A stretch of DNA of 64,000 bases from Ylistrum balloti (Eukaryota), in NCBI RefSeq assembly GCF_031769215.1, contig NW_026781870.1, positions 930,001 to 994,000 of the forward strand, read 5' to 3'. Every line of letters begins with the position of its first letter. Positions within the stretch are counted from its first letter, which is position 1. Under the pieces are notes generated by a model. The model was given only the letters and a program-made list of their open reading frames with translations. It had not been told where the DNA came from and did not search any database. Shown in pieces: positions 13,101 through 28,100 of this stretch. Made by a program: the position numbers and the translations under genes.

Positions 13101-16100
13101 ACCAAGGGTCTAGAGCAAAGGATGCAAAAGGTCTGTAAACCAAGGGTTAGGGCCAAATGAGGGTCCAGGGCAAACGCAGGGTAATGTCAGTAAACCAAGG
13201 GTCCAGGCAAATGTTTTGAAAACTCAGTAAAGCTTAGATGTGGATGTTTAGTAAGATGATGTTCTATGAGTTACAGACTTATTTTATTTCTTATGAATGT
13301 TTGTCAACATCTTGTATCGACTACTTAATTCTATACTTTACCAAATGTCTATACTGACTTGAATTTCGTATGTGATACATTGTATGTTGACAGCCCAGAC
13401 ACCCTTCATTTCTATCCATCCCTCCAACAGCTGATCTATGAAATTGAGGATGGACACACGCCAGAGGGTTCCAGCATCAGATACGGTTTTGATCAGGAAA
13501 TATTTAGTAACTTTTCCTGGAGAGGATACGCCATCCTTACTCATCTGCAGGTCTGTCACAAATGCTGTCACACTGTTTACATAATATAGAATTTGTCTGT
13601 CACAAATGTTGTCACACTGTCTACATAATATAGAATTTGTCTGTCACAAATGTTGTCACACTGTCTACATAATATAGAATTTGTCTGTCACAAATGTTGT
13701 CACACTGTCTACATAATATAGAATTTGTCTGTCACAAACACTGTCACACTGTCTACATAATATAGAATTTGTCTGTCACAAATGTTGTCACACTGTACAT
13801 AATATAGAATTTGTCTGTCACAAATGTTGTCACACTGTCTACATAATATAGAATTTGTCTGTCACAAATGTTGTCACACTGTCTACATAATATAGGTTTT
13901 GTCTGTCACAAACACTGTCAGGCTTTGTCTACATAATATAGAATTTGTCTATCACAAATGTTGTCACACTGAACATAATATAGAATTTGTCTGTCACAAA
14001 TGTTGTCACACTGTCTACATAATATAGAATTTGTCTGTCACAAATGTTGTCACACTGTCTACATAATATAGAATTTGTCTGTCACAAATGTTGTCACACT
14101 GTCTACATAATATAGGTTTTATTTATTTTCCTGCTATTGAGATGTGTGATCTCATTAAACATATCTTTGATGATTGTTGAATGAGAATATTTGGATTATA
14201 CACAAGAATTCTCACTTTATTTTTGTGTGTACTTTATTTTGAGAATTTTTATTGTCAATTTTGTTTAAGAATGCTTTGATTTTTTATTTCTAGAACACTA
14301 GAGCAGTATTAATTCACTTTCACAGAAGTTTTGAATTTATAAATGAGTCCTTTTGCTAATAAGTATGAAATCTCCTACAAATTCATTTAAAGTATGCAAA
14401 ATTAGGGGATGGTCCCATGAAACAAATCCATAAGTAGTAGGTAAAAATCTACCATTTTTTACCACTCTACATGAAAAGCAAAACAAGACTACATTACATG
14501 GTACATCTAGTTTCATCAAAGTTCAGGGAGGGGTTGGAGGGAAACATGAATTTTAGTGTATATGCATTTTGCTTAAAAAGTACCATTCTAAGAAACCAGG
14601 CGAGACCTGTAACTAAGTGTAAATCTTGTATTTATATATAGCCTGAAGTCTTGATGGATGTCAATGTGATGCGACCGAGTCTGTACCGTATCATCTACCG
14701 CTTTGAAAATCTGAACGCCTATACTGTTAAGGGGGAGGTAACTCTCACTCCACAGTCAGTGGCTGACGTTAAACAGACCAGTGAGGTATTGTTTGTCCAC
14801 TCAGAGATGCCACAGTTTGTGACGGTTGGCTCTACAACTGGAGTGAAGGACTTTGTGCTGAACCCTGGCTACTGGACAATCTCTATTAAATCCCCGGACC
14901 TTTTGCTCCTGGTAAGGTCTAACAACATAACTACCTATTGACATTTACTTATATAAATCATATTATGGTGATTGTTTACAGATGTTACTCTGCTCCAGGA
15001 ACATTCTTGACTAGATCTATTTTGTAGGTTACCTTTGAATGTCACTTTGATGTTACCATACATGTCTGGTAATAAGCCCAGGGGGCTAACATTCCAATTC
15101 TGATTCATTGTTAGGAGATGAGCTTGTTACAGGACAATGAAATAGCAAATGTTTGTTATTTTACTCAACATCAATAGGTAAAAATTGGTGTATTACCAGG
15201 TTTAGGTTTGTGGGATAAAGACATTGGAATAACACAAGGAGGGTGGTGTCTCTCCTATCTATTTATAGATCAGTCCATTGTGATAACATAAGGAGGGTGG
15301 TGTCTCTCCTATCTATTTATAGATCAGTCCATTGTGATAACACAAGGAGGGTGGTGTCTCTCCTATCTATTTATAGATCAGTCCATTGTGATAACACAAG
15401 GAGGGTGGTGTCTCTCCTATCTATTTATAGATCAGTCCATTGTGATAACATAAGGAGGGTGGTGTCTCTATCTATTTATAGATCAGTCCATTGTGATAAC
15501 ACAAGGAGGGTGGTGTCTCTCCTATCTATTTATAGATCAGTCCATTGTGATAACACAAGGAGGGTGGTGTCTCTCCTATCTATTTATAGATCAGTCCATT
15601 GTGATAACACAAGGAGGGTGGTGTCTCTCCTATCTATTTATAGATCAGTCCATTGTGATAACATAAGGAGGGTGGTGTCTCTCCTATCTATTTATAGGTC
15701 AGTCCATTGTGATAACATAAGGAGGGTGGTGTCTCACCTATCTATTTATAGATCAGTCCATTGTGATAACATAAGGAGGGTGGTGTCTCTCCTATCTATT
15801 TATAGATCAGTCCATTGTGATAACATAAGGAGGGTGGTGTCTCACCTATCTATTTATAGATCAGTCCATTGTGATAACATAAGGAGGGTGGTGTCTCTCC
15901 TATTTATTTATAGATCAGTCCATTGTGATAACATAAGGAGGGTGGTGTCTCTCCTATCTATTTATAGATCAGTCCATTGTGATAACATAAGGAAGGTGGT
16001 GTCTCGCCTATCTATTCATAGATCAGTCCATTGTGATAACATAAGGAAGGTGGTGTCTCACCTATCTATTTATAGATCAGTCCATTGTGATAACATAAGG

Positions 16101-19100
16101 AGGGTGGTGTCTCTCCTATCTATTTATAGATCAGTCCATTTGTATCAGGAAAATGTTGTTTTTAGTTTCATAATTATATTACTGAATATCAAAGTCATTA
16201 GACTTACTAATGTAAGTCTAAAGGATTTCTATACCAATGTATGACATGTTTTAAATTTTTTTGTATTTCTTTAATGTGACTTTCCTTAAAGCTTAATTGT
16301 CATCACAGTATTAAAATCCAGTAGCAAAGTTTGTGATTGAAATGTCTGACCATGTTAAAATGTTGATAGCACATTGTTTTTAGTTGACTGTAATGAGATA
16401 GTTCCTTGCTTTACTAGGATTACATGGTGCTAGTACCACAAGCTTACTATGAGGCTACAGTATTGCAGCAGACAGTCACACGTCCCTGTACCATACCAGA
16501 TGATGAAGGCCCGTAAGTATTGTCCTTGGGAACAATTAAAAACTTTTTAAGGCTGTAACAGGATATTTGTTAATGATATTTGTATGACTGATCTTACTAA
16601 GGTACTTTAAAATGACAGGTGTTTTTGAAATTTTGGCAGTTTTACCGAACACTTGTGGCCGGATGTGAGGTATCTTTTTTGTTTTGATAAAAAATAACTT
16701 GAAAATATCTTTTACAAAATAAACTTGATTGTGTTAATGCTGGACATTTTTCTTTTTGGTTATGAAATTTTTTAGTTGTACGTATTTGCATATTTCATTT
16801 AGTTGTTTACAGTGAGCAGTTGGGTACCAACATAGTGAATTGTAAGTTGATGAGAGACTGGAGTCCTTCTCATAGATATATCCTTCTGTGCTATACATTG
16901 GAGGAACATTTTACTTATATGATTTTGATTTTGGCAAATGTTTTAGGTGTCTGTATTATAACTACCCTGACCTGTCACGTTTCCCTGCGGTGTCTGGTGA
17001 GAGTGGGTACACTATTGATACAGATGGCAATGTGGTTCCCACACAAGTATTCAGTGACAGAGACATCCTAGATGAACTTGATCTCGACGGAATGGCCAAG
17101 TTAGACAAAAACCAGGTCAGTCATCAATATAACTTTCAAATGAATTTGAAAAATTGTGTGTACCTTTCTGTAGCTTTGTGGCTACCATTGCCACATAGAC
17201 AATATATATAATACTATGTTCATGACTGTACAATTGATGGTAGGTTTGTCTCCAAGAAATCGTAGAAAATTTCTCTTCTTAAAAATCATAGGTAATCACA
17301 CATGTTGATTTCAATAATGATTTAGTCTCATTAAACTGAGTGATGATTACTTAATATTTACATATCCCTGCAAAAGGGAGGTTTGTTTTTTTAAGGAGGG
17401 TTAGAACAAATTATAGTGATTCTAATAATAAAAAGCAAGAATAGAGTTTCCAGATGAACTGTAATTAGTATGACAGTTTTTATTGTTTCATACTTTACAG
17501 AATTCACTAAATCTGAACCTGGCAGTTCCTGATGCTGGTCAGTACATCATAGTGGTCAACTACTTTGCCCTATCCAACACAACACAGGAAATAAATGTCA
17601 CCATGAGGACTCCAGAAGGGGACTACCTTGGAACTGTGTCTCTTAGCAACTGTAAATACAGGTAACCATAGTGATGAATATCTGGTCTCAAATGATAGTG
17701 GTCAAGTGTTCGGGTCTTTTGGTTAAAATGCTTTTTGAGCTCTTTACAGGTTCATAAATGTGACTTAGAAATAATCTTTTAAGTCCTTGTGAATCCTGGA
17801 ATAATGGATTAATCCTACAAAGGTTGTTAATATTGTAGTAAAAATACCTCTGTTACAGTGTACTATGTCGTGAAGTACTGAAGGACCTAAACAGTATGCC
17901 AGCTCTCACCTTCATCAACGGAACTGCCCAGATCATCCTCACTGGTGACGATGACGTGGATGTAGCAATTGTAAGAATCCATTTTCTCAAGTTCAAACAT
18001 TCAAAAATATTGGTTATGATCATCATTTCATGCATGTGTAATATATAATAAGATTTTACATTCTGCTATATTTATGTAAGAAACTGTATTAGATTGAAAA
18101 GGTTTTAACTTTTCAATGTAGGGCTCTGTAGTGGCAATCCCATATCCTGATTGGACTCTCGGATACATTCGTCCTAGCATCATCTGCATCCGTATCAACG
18201 GCATGTAAGTAGCCACATCAACTCATGTCCTCCATTACGTCAGGTAATCGTTTTTTAAGGAGACAAAAATGCTTCAATGAATTATGCAATAGTTTAAACA
18301 ACATGTTTTTTTTTTTTCTCAGCTTCTTGTTACTTTAATGTCTGGAAGATAATGATTGAATTGTCTGACGTGATTCTTTATAAGGAGATAACGTTTTTGA
18401 TTATTGTTACTAGATCTAAACACATGGTATATCAGAAAGTTCCGAGATTTGTGGACCTTGACATCTTATGCTTATTTTGGTCATTTTGTTGATGTCAACA
18501 TTTTTTTCATTAAATTTTCATGATATTTTTACAATGCAAAAAACTCTTCGCTATAGATTATCAAATAGTTGATACTGAACTATAAAGCTGTATGTGTTGG
18601 CTTTCAGATGTATTGGTTCCCAGTGGTCAGTTCCAGCAGACTCTCGTAGGGTTGAGTTTGAGGACCCACCCAATCAAGACCTGCGTGTTGGACCCAACGA
18701 GTTCCCATCCTGGATTGTGGGCGATAATATTGGATTAGTGCATCTAAATGATACAGTAGTAAGTTAGATCGACAAATATTGATAAAATTTTGATATCCAT
18801 GCAAATATCAAACTTACTTAAAAGTTTCAACTGTATGTAAATTTCAGGAATATCTTAAAAAAAAAAAAAACAAAATTTCATGCTTAAAAAAAATTGTGAT
18901 GATTTTTACATTTTACATATTGACTTACAGTCAACTATTGAGGTGGAGACCACAGTTCAGAATCCTGACCGCTATGTGTTTGTCGTCCACTTCTACCTAC
19001 CAAGTGAAGCAGGAATTGACCTCCCAGTTACCATTCATGCTGATGGTCAAGTATATAGTGGTCAGTATTCAAATTTTACTAAAAAAAATGAATTGCTGCA

Positions 19101-22100
19101 TCTAAAGCTATGGCTATAAATCATATTCTTTGACAAAGAAAATTCAAGCATAGAAGACACCGTTGACATTTTGTTATGCAAAGGTCTTTCATGAAGTTTG
19201 TCCCAATCTGTCTTGTCCTGTTTGTTCCTAATATCAATATCGTTACTTTTGCAACTTCATCTCTGATTCTGGTTATTTATATAAAGGCTGACAGTAACAA
19301 TACCTGAGAATTGTTGTGTTTAAGGGTTTGACAAGTCACTGTTGGATTCATAAAAAGATTGTCAAACATTGCTATTTACATGTACGGGATTGAGTGATGG
19401 GGGACCATTTGTGTCTATCTAGCAGGATTTCTAGTTTTAATTTAAAAAAAAAAAAAAAGAAGTTACTTGCAGTTGTTGATGTTGGAAAAAATGTTTATGT
19501 TAAAGACAATGGTATGATATAATATGCCATCCTTCCAGGTATGTTCCGACCGAGGTATTGCCCAGGTGTTTCTGGCTGTCGAGGACTGATCTTCTTTGAC
19601 GAACAAGACGGCAGCAACACCATTGGTGTGAATGACAACAGGGTCTCCATTCGTCTCAACAACACCAGCGGCCGTGACATCTTCTTGGTAATTGTTCTGA
19701 ATTTGGTCACAATCCCAAAAGATATATGTGTAGTGAGGGAGGTCTTAATGGGCTATAGCTATATCATCCATCTGTAGAAAAACAACAGGAGATAGCTTTA
19801 AATTAACTGCAAAAAACCAAACATACAAAGAAAACATGGCACTGAGGCTTTAAGGAATCGCAAAGAGTCATCCACGGATAAGACGGGGTTAGAATCTCCG
19901 TGTTTCCCGGTTACACCTTTGTATGTAAGTTAATGAATGTTCAGGTATTGATAATCCCTTCTTTGGGGCGGAGTTTGTCAATGTCGGAGTCTACAGGTGC
20001 AAAAGCAATGAGAGAGATAATAGAATAACAATATTTTTTACAGTAATGTTGTATTTTCCTCTCAGATGACAAGATATATGTGAATATCTAGTGGTATTTA
20101 GGATTCATGGTCTTCCCTTGTTACTGGTATTTCTAGGACTACCTGTTGATGATTCCGGCTTCTCGCTTCTCCGCTGCTGACTTAGATGTTCAGCCAGTTG
20201 ATGACTCTGCTAACTTCCTGGCAAACTGTGTGGGCCCAGGCTTTCAACTTATGTATGTATCCTTAGGAAAACCCTTTTCTTTGCTCATTCAGCAAATGTG
20301 TATTTACATATACAGGCACTGACAAGTGATGGACTCTTTTTTTACATCATTATCACTTATATTGTCCATATATGAATAATTCATTTCCCTGAGTCATTAA
20401 TACAGCAATTTATTGATAATGAAATATTAAAGTTGATTGTTAAAAAAACATCTTTATGTTGATATGCATCTTGTTTACAGAAGCAACTCCGAGTTTTGTC
20501 GTCAGGGGATCTTCTCCTTGACCACCGAGTTCAACAATGGTGCTGTACCATGCAGCTGTGATATCGACGGCTCTCTAAGCTTTAGCTGTGTGAACTTTGG
20601 CGGTCAGTGCCAGTGTCGTGATAACGTCATAGGTCGCAGCTGTACTCATTGTGCTGAGGGTTACTATGGTTTCCCTAACTGTAGAGGTCAGTACAGATTC
20701 CATGAGCATATACATAAAATCTTTAATGATTTTTTCTTTTCATAGGAACAAGTCTGTTTTTATCTTTGGGAGCCTGAGTGAAAATTAAAAAACTCAGAAA
20801 GATTCATTTGAAAGTAAAACAACTTAGATGTTTTTATCCCATATCTCAGAAAAAATTGATTTTGACAGGCTTTCATGTCAAAATTTTTGGGACAAAATCA
20901 AACAGAAGCAACTATTTCACTATGCCATTTTCAGACATGATCTGTTGTCATTGTGCATATCATGGCATTACAATCGATGTATGACTGGCATGGCCAGTGA
21001 AAAATGTTCCAGGGTTTATTACTCAATTGACTTGCAGAATTATTACATGAGTGAACTCAATGGATAACAGGCTGATGACATGTAGAACAATACACCAGGA
21101 CCAAGACTTATGTTTAGTGAAGGTTGTTATGTTTCAGGTATTTTATTTTCCTCCGTTTTCGAAGGATCAATGAAATACAAAAAATAGATAAATTGAAAAT
21201 AAAGTAAACAAGAAATCTATTGTTTCATAACTTTTACGAAAAATACATCCCAACAATGGCCAAAATTGGAACCAGTGAAAATAATTTATGGAAACAAACC
21301 AACCTTCCATAGTAAATGAAATTAGGACATATAATTCTGAGGATTTTTAAAGTTTAAACCTCTCTAAGAAACTGTTCTCGTAAAAGTATCGCTGCTTAAT
21401 GATATTTCGTGAACACCTTGATGATTGAATTTATCATTACAACACAGTATCATAACATTGATAGTTGGGCAGTAATGTGATGACAAAAACTGTTGTATAT
21501 GACAGAGAAATTTTCATAGATTTTAATGTGAAAATGTGACTTGTTTTCAATTAAAGATTTGTTCATAGCTTTCAGTCTGTATATATGATGACTTATTGTA
21601 AATTAAAGGATATTTTGCTTTACAGAATGTAACTGCCCATACGGAAAGTGCCATCCCATCACGGGCGAATGTGTTTGTCCTCCCCGCGTGGCTGGAACAA
21701 TGTGTGACCAGTGTGTGGCCGAGACTTTTGGTTATGATCCTCTTGTTGGCTGTACTGTAAGTTATTCGGGTTACAATTGGAACTTTGTTATGACATGTTA
21801 ATAGAAGATATCATTTACGGAGATCAATGTTTCTGTTACCAGTTATTTCTTTATAGTTCAAATTTTCGGTTTTGCTAAAAGTAAAATCAATGAAGTCATA
21901 AAACAGACAATAAGTCTATAGAATAATACTTCTTATAACACAAACCATTAGGAGATTGGAGTTGGACATTTTGATGATGTCAGACTTATAACTTCTACTA
22001 TTTGTGTTATATGAATTCTTTTTGTAGTGACCTTATTAACCCAAAGAAAATTTTTGTAATAGACTATGATTCTCTATCAGTTCCATCTTTCAGGTGTATA

Positions 22101-25100
22101 ATTTGTCAATTTTAATCAATTTTGAAAATAACAAAAAACAATTGAACCTCTTGACAATAAAACCTTCACATTAAAACATTGAATTCTAGCATTACCTTAA
22201 ATTCTAAAGTCTTATTTTTAGAATATTTGTATTTTTCAAATACTAGGAGAAAAGCAAATTACAATTACAGTTGAAAATTGGAAATTTACAGAAATTATTC
22301 AAATAATGGTTTGAAATATCAAATTACAAAAAAAAGGAGGGGAGGGTGGTTAAAAAGACTATTTGTGGTGTCATTCTTAGTAAAATTATTAACATATGGT
22401 GTCCAATGAATGATTGATTTGTCCATTGTAATGATGAATATTTCACAGTCATTTTTCCATGTTTTGTAGGACTGTGAATGTAGCTACTATGGTGTGCTGA
22501 ATAATGACCTCAACTGTGAGCAAGGAACTGGTCAGTGCAGGTATGAACAATTCCCTATACTGGATGACCTCTTTAGTTAACATACTATTCCCTGTACAGA
22601 ATGACCACCTTTCTAGTGAACACATCATTACCTGTACAGAATGACCACCTTTCTAGTGAACACATCATTACCTGTACAGAATGACCACCTTTCTAGTGAA
22701 CACATCATTACCTGTACAGAATGACCTTTCTAGTGAACACATCATTACCTGTACAGAATGACCACCTTTCTAGTGAACACATCATTACCTGTACAGAATG
22801 ACCACCTTTCTAGTGAACACATCATTACCTGTACAGAATGACCACCTTTCTAGTGAACACATCATTACCTGTACAGAATGACACATCATCCCCTGTACAG
22901 AATGACCTTTCTAGTGAACACATCATTACCTGTACAGAATGACCTTTCTAGTGAACACATCATTACCTGTACAGAATGACCTTTCTAGTGAACACATCAT
23001 TACCTGTACAGAATGACCTTTCTAGTGAACACATCATTACCTGTACAGAATGACCTTTCTAGTGGACACATCATTACCTGTACAGAATGACCTTTCTAGT
23101 GGACACATCATCCCCTGTACAGAATGACCTTTCTAGTGAACACGTCATCCCCTGTACAGAATGACCTTTCTAGTGAACACATCATTACCTGTACAGAATG
23201 ACCTTTCTAGTGGACACATCATTACCTGTACAGAATGACCACCTTTCTAGTGAACACATCATTACCTGTACAGAATGTCACCTTTCTAGTGAAGTGTGAT
23301 AGTTGTGTAACTGTCAAACTGTCGGTACTGAACAGACCATCTGTGATCAAACCAATGGCCAGTGTCTTTGTAAGGTAAAGATTAACAATAGATATGTAGA
23401 CCAGTAAATCAAATTTTAAATGTTCTCATCAAAGTTTTAGATATAGTATTATAGATAAATAACATATACTGTATTCAATCCAATAAGCGCCCAGGGCGCT
23501 AAAAATATTGCAATTTAATGGGGGGGGGGCACTTATTAGAGACCATCTTAGATGTAAAAGAATCACATTAAGTACTAAAAATCTACTGTATGGTTCATGT
23601 ATTTATACAATCACTAGTTTTTTTACATGCAAAAAAACCATGTTAGATATAAAAAGTTTTTTATGTTTTTCTGGAGTACATCACCTTATAAACCGGCTTG
23701 AAGCAATTCTTGATTGTGACTAAAACGTAAGCAAATCTAGACTTTTAGGTATCTGAAAGGGGGAGGGGGCGCTTATAAGGACATGGGCGCTAATTGGGTC
23801 GAATATGGTATGTGATGTTTTTTATTTATTTACTTAGTTTTTATTTTTTCATTTTCCCTGAATATTTCTAGCAGTTTTTTTAAAAAATGAATATATTTTA
23901 AATTTTGGTATTTACCTATGTAGGCCAATGTTGATGGGGGCACGTGCGACAGATGTCAGCCAGGAACATTTAATCTTGACCCTCGCAACCCCAAGGGATG
24001 TACCAGATGTTTCTGTTTCGGCACAACTCAGACCTGTGACAGTACCATCTTTACCTGGGACATGGTGAGCTTACTCTAGGAATATCTGTCATTAGTCAAT
24101 CTCAGATTAAACGTTATATGACTCGGCCATCATTATTGTGCAGTCTCTTAGTAACTGAGCAGTCTATCATTGTATGAACAGTCTGTTTATATTTTAACAG
24201 TCTCTCAGTAAGTGAAGGAATTTACCCTGATATTTAATATATGTATTTATATTACATTAAAATATTAATATTATATATAGTATATATAAAATATATTTAA
24301 TATTACACAAGTAGCAACCATTGTTTTTTTTATGACAACATTCCGCACTTCTAATTGGTCAAAAATTGCTGTGCTGTCTGCTTGGATTAATGTATTTGCT
24401 GATGGAGTGTTAGGCCTATTGTAAATACAGACAGTAAAACATCCGTTTATATGATTTAATGATCAATAGTAAGTATACAGGTGAGATCTTTTTGGAAGTG
24501 TTTCAAGATTTGTTTTAATGGATGGATATTTTTATGTAAAATGGAAAAGCAGCTAACTTGTTCAAATTCAAATGACGAAAACCTTTGTTGTTCTATTGTT
24601 ACAGCACAAGGACATGATGGGATGGACAGCCACAAACGTCGACCCAAGTGCAGTGCGAGAGGCTGGAGATATTGTGGCTATTCTGAATGTACAGACCTAT
24701 ATCACCAACTCTGACGAAGCCATTTACTGGAGTGCTCCCCAATCTTACTTGGGCAACAAGGTCAGTATTTAGCACAGAACAATGGATATAATCCAAGGTC
24801 ATTTGGGTAAGGACATAAGAGGTCAATGGGTCAATATATGAAGTCGTGCTGATGGTATTAGATTTGTATGGATCTGGTTCAAGAAATCGTATCTAGGAAT
24901 TTTTTTAATTTGAAATTTCTGGGTCCTTAGATCATAAACCATATCCAGTATTCCAAGGTCATGTCAAGGGTTAGAGGTCATGTTTAGGAGATTTGAGTTT
25001 ATAGCTGGTTTTGTTTACCTGTTGGACCTGATTGGTCATATAACAAGGATGAAATTTATAATCTGATTTCACTTTATACAAATCCTTGACAGACTTTTAT

Positions 25101-28100
25101 GATGTATTAACATCTGCAGGTCAGTTATGATTTTACAAGGAAACGTTACATTTAAAATTATATGCACTACTTTGTTCACCTAAAGAAACAGGTCCATGGT
25201 GTCAGATGATAATGACATATATGTAATGGAAATAGCCCATCATACTCTGTTTGTGTAGGTGGTGTCCTATGGTGGTCGTCTGCAGTATTCCTTTATCTAC
25301 ATGCTCGAAGACCCCACAACAGAAGAGGAGACTACCGGACCTGCTGTGATCCTTACAGTAAGTGTTCCCTAAAATAACGGTGAAGGATGCTATCTTCATA
25401 GTAAACTAAAGATGCCACCCCAATAATTGATCATTAGATTCATAGCAAATTTTGGACCCTTTAAGGCAGATTGCTAATTTTCATAAAAATGGCAAATGAT
25501 AAATTGTTACAAATTAAATATGATACGGAAATGAATTAAAAGACCCGGAATGTTCATGGTAAAATTCATATTCATTAAAAACTAAACAAAAGTTTTGATC
25601 TGTTTCCTTAAAAACAATTTACTCAGAAATGTTATCTGTCCAGACAAGTGTGTAAACATTTATATATGATATCAGAATCATGCATGTGTCTACCCATCAA
25701 TATGACATCAGTTAACTACATGACAGATCGGCCAGCTCTGTGATCAAGGAATGTAAAGAACTCTTATAACTATCACAGGCAGTTAAAGCCGATATTCTAT
25801 CAAAGATTGAGGTAACGTCATAAACAGATGTCTATAATCTTATATAAGATATATCTGTTGGTCTGATTGAATATCTGTGTTTACAGGGTAGTAACATGAC
25901 CATTATGCACATGCTTGATGCTGCTGATTACCAAGGAGGTGGTGTTTACGAGGTCACAGTACCATTGGTGGAGGTAACTTCAATTTAAATACTTCTGATA
26001 AATACTTCTTTGTAGAGAGTTCAATTATATATCTTTTTCTCTAATTCAGATGTTAAGCTATGGAAAGTTAGGGCTTTTATCTGTTTTTGAACAATTCACA
26101 ATTTTAAATCTTCATATTTTTTTTTTTTACCCCGCCATGGTCAGGAGCATATAGTGTTACCCTTGTCCATCATTTGGTTATGATTTTGTTTTACGCTGTA
26201 ACAGATATAGAACTGTGATTTGATATGTCAGGCTTAGATTTGGTTATTGCCATTTTTCCATTGTTATGGCCATTTAACTGAATTCTAAATAAAATTTTTA
26301 CAGATATTAGCCTAACTTCAGAAGGATTTTTTTTTAATTCTTCAAGCAGGACTTCAGTTTTATCCCTGAACATTTACTATTGATTCTGCAGACATGACTT
26401 TCAATTCTATTTGATGAGTCGCGAGCACATCTCTTAACGATGACAATAACAGCACAACTTGTCCTTGATTGGTGGTTGGGTCAGTCATATCACCCCATCA
26501 CACCTAGGGTTATTGTAACTGTAGTTTGTTTCTGAATGCCTCCATATCTATCTGGCCATAAGCCCAGAGAGGCTAGACACAGCGAGGAAGATGTGCTAAT
26601 TTCAGGACAAAAGGAAAAATAACTGTTGGCATTAAAAAAAAAAGACAGTTGGTGTGGGTAGGCTTATTACCAGACATGGACTTATTGTTAGATCAATACA
26701 GTGATGGCTGATTCAGTTGTAGAGTGTTTTAGTGCCTAGGGAGTTCTTTCTTGTTGGTGCATAAAAATCCAAATTGATGTCAAATAACTTTTTTATATAG
26801 TAAGTTGATATGCTTTTTGCATGTGATATAGTTACACAGTATGATTGTTCTTCCTTTGTAGGCCCAATTTCTGTATAGTGATACAAGGACATTCGTGAAT
26901 CGTGACAATTTCATGTCAGTCTTAGTGGATCTCCAGTCCATACACATAAGATCGGCTTACACCACCAACATTGACCAGCTCAGGTACGTATTGGAAAGAT
27001 CAAGGTCAAAAACAAACACTAGTACATCAAGTCAAGGTCGTCATTTAAGCTTGATCAACAGAAATAAGACTACGTCAATAAGATCAATTAGAGGTTTTCA
27101 GACAAATGAGACGCATACTTCTCAAGTGTTCAGGGTTTTTTTTGGTTTTTTTGGTTTTTTTTAACTTTTTTATTTTTGGTATTTTTACACTGTAGAGTTG
27201 ATGAATACCTATATCTCTGTACAATAAATTATTCTGAATTTTATGTCCATAGCTCGTTTTTGGGACATCACTTATAAGATGTTATTTCTTGTATGTGATG
27301 CATGATGTTTTACCCAACAGGCTGATGAATGTGACTATGTTGGTGGCATCCCCTGATGGTAGTGATGGTCAAGCTTTGTCTGTAGAGCAATGTAATTGTC
27401 CTCCAGGTTACACAGGCACATCTTGTGAGGTGAGGGCCATGTTTGACTTTATCATCATTCTAATATCTTTATCTGTTGAAATTTAGTATAAATGTTTTCT
27501 ATAAAATGGCTTCAAATATTACAAACAAGAAACAAAATGCTGAAGGTGAAAGAGATGCAAATGCTGAAAAGTGTAAGGTGCTGTCCCTGTTGGAGTATAT
27601 TTATCATAGGGAAGGTCATTTATCAGCATTTCAATGAGAACAAAATTTGCTTGTTGTATTATGACTTTCAGATTGAAGGAAAATTTTACAAAATAAAGAA
27701 AATGTTACTGATTTTCAATAATTGAGTGAGGCTTTGTATTGTAAAATGGTTTGTATTATTTTGTAGAGCTGTTCTCAGGGATACTACCGCACTCAAAATG
27801 CACCATTCCTTGGTGCATGTATACCGTGTATGTGCAACGGACACACAGATACATGCGACCCTGATACTGGAATGTGTTTGGTAAGCACTCAGTTATAGAC
27901 ATTAAAAAAGGTTGAATATTGTTGAGTAGGGCTAAACTAGATCCTATTCTTTTTCAACTTCATCCATAATATTACTTCATAACACTAATCGAAGAACACA
28001 AGAGTTACTGACCTTTTTCTGATAGAGAGGTATAACGAGGTATCTAAAGTTTATATTCCTGTAAAGCAGATTGTCGATAGCTTTACAAAGCATTTAATGT

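Noticed and set aside
15243-16244. 333-aa ORF
   Set aside because: Translation of a 54-bp (multiple of 3) intronic minisatellite; no start context or domain.
22590-23292. CRISPR-like regular repeat arrays (here and elsewhere)
   Set aside because: Head-to-tail units with no unique spacers, no cas genes, eukaryotic intronic context.
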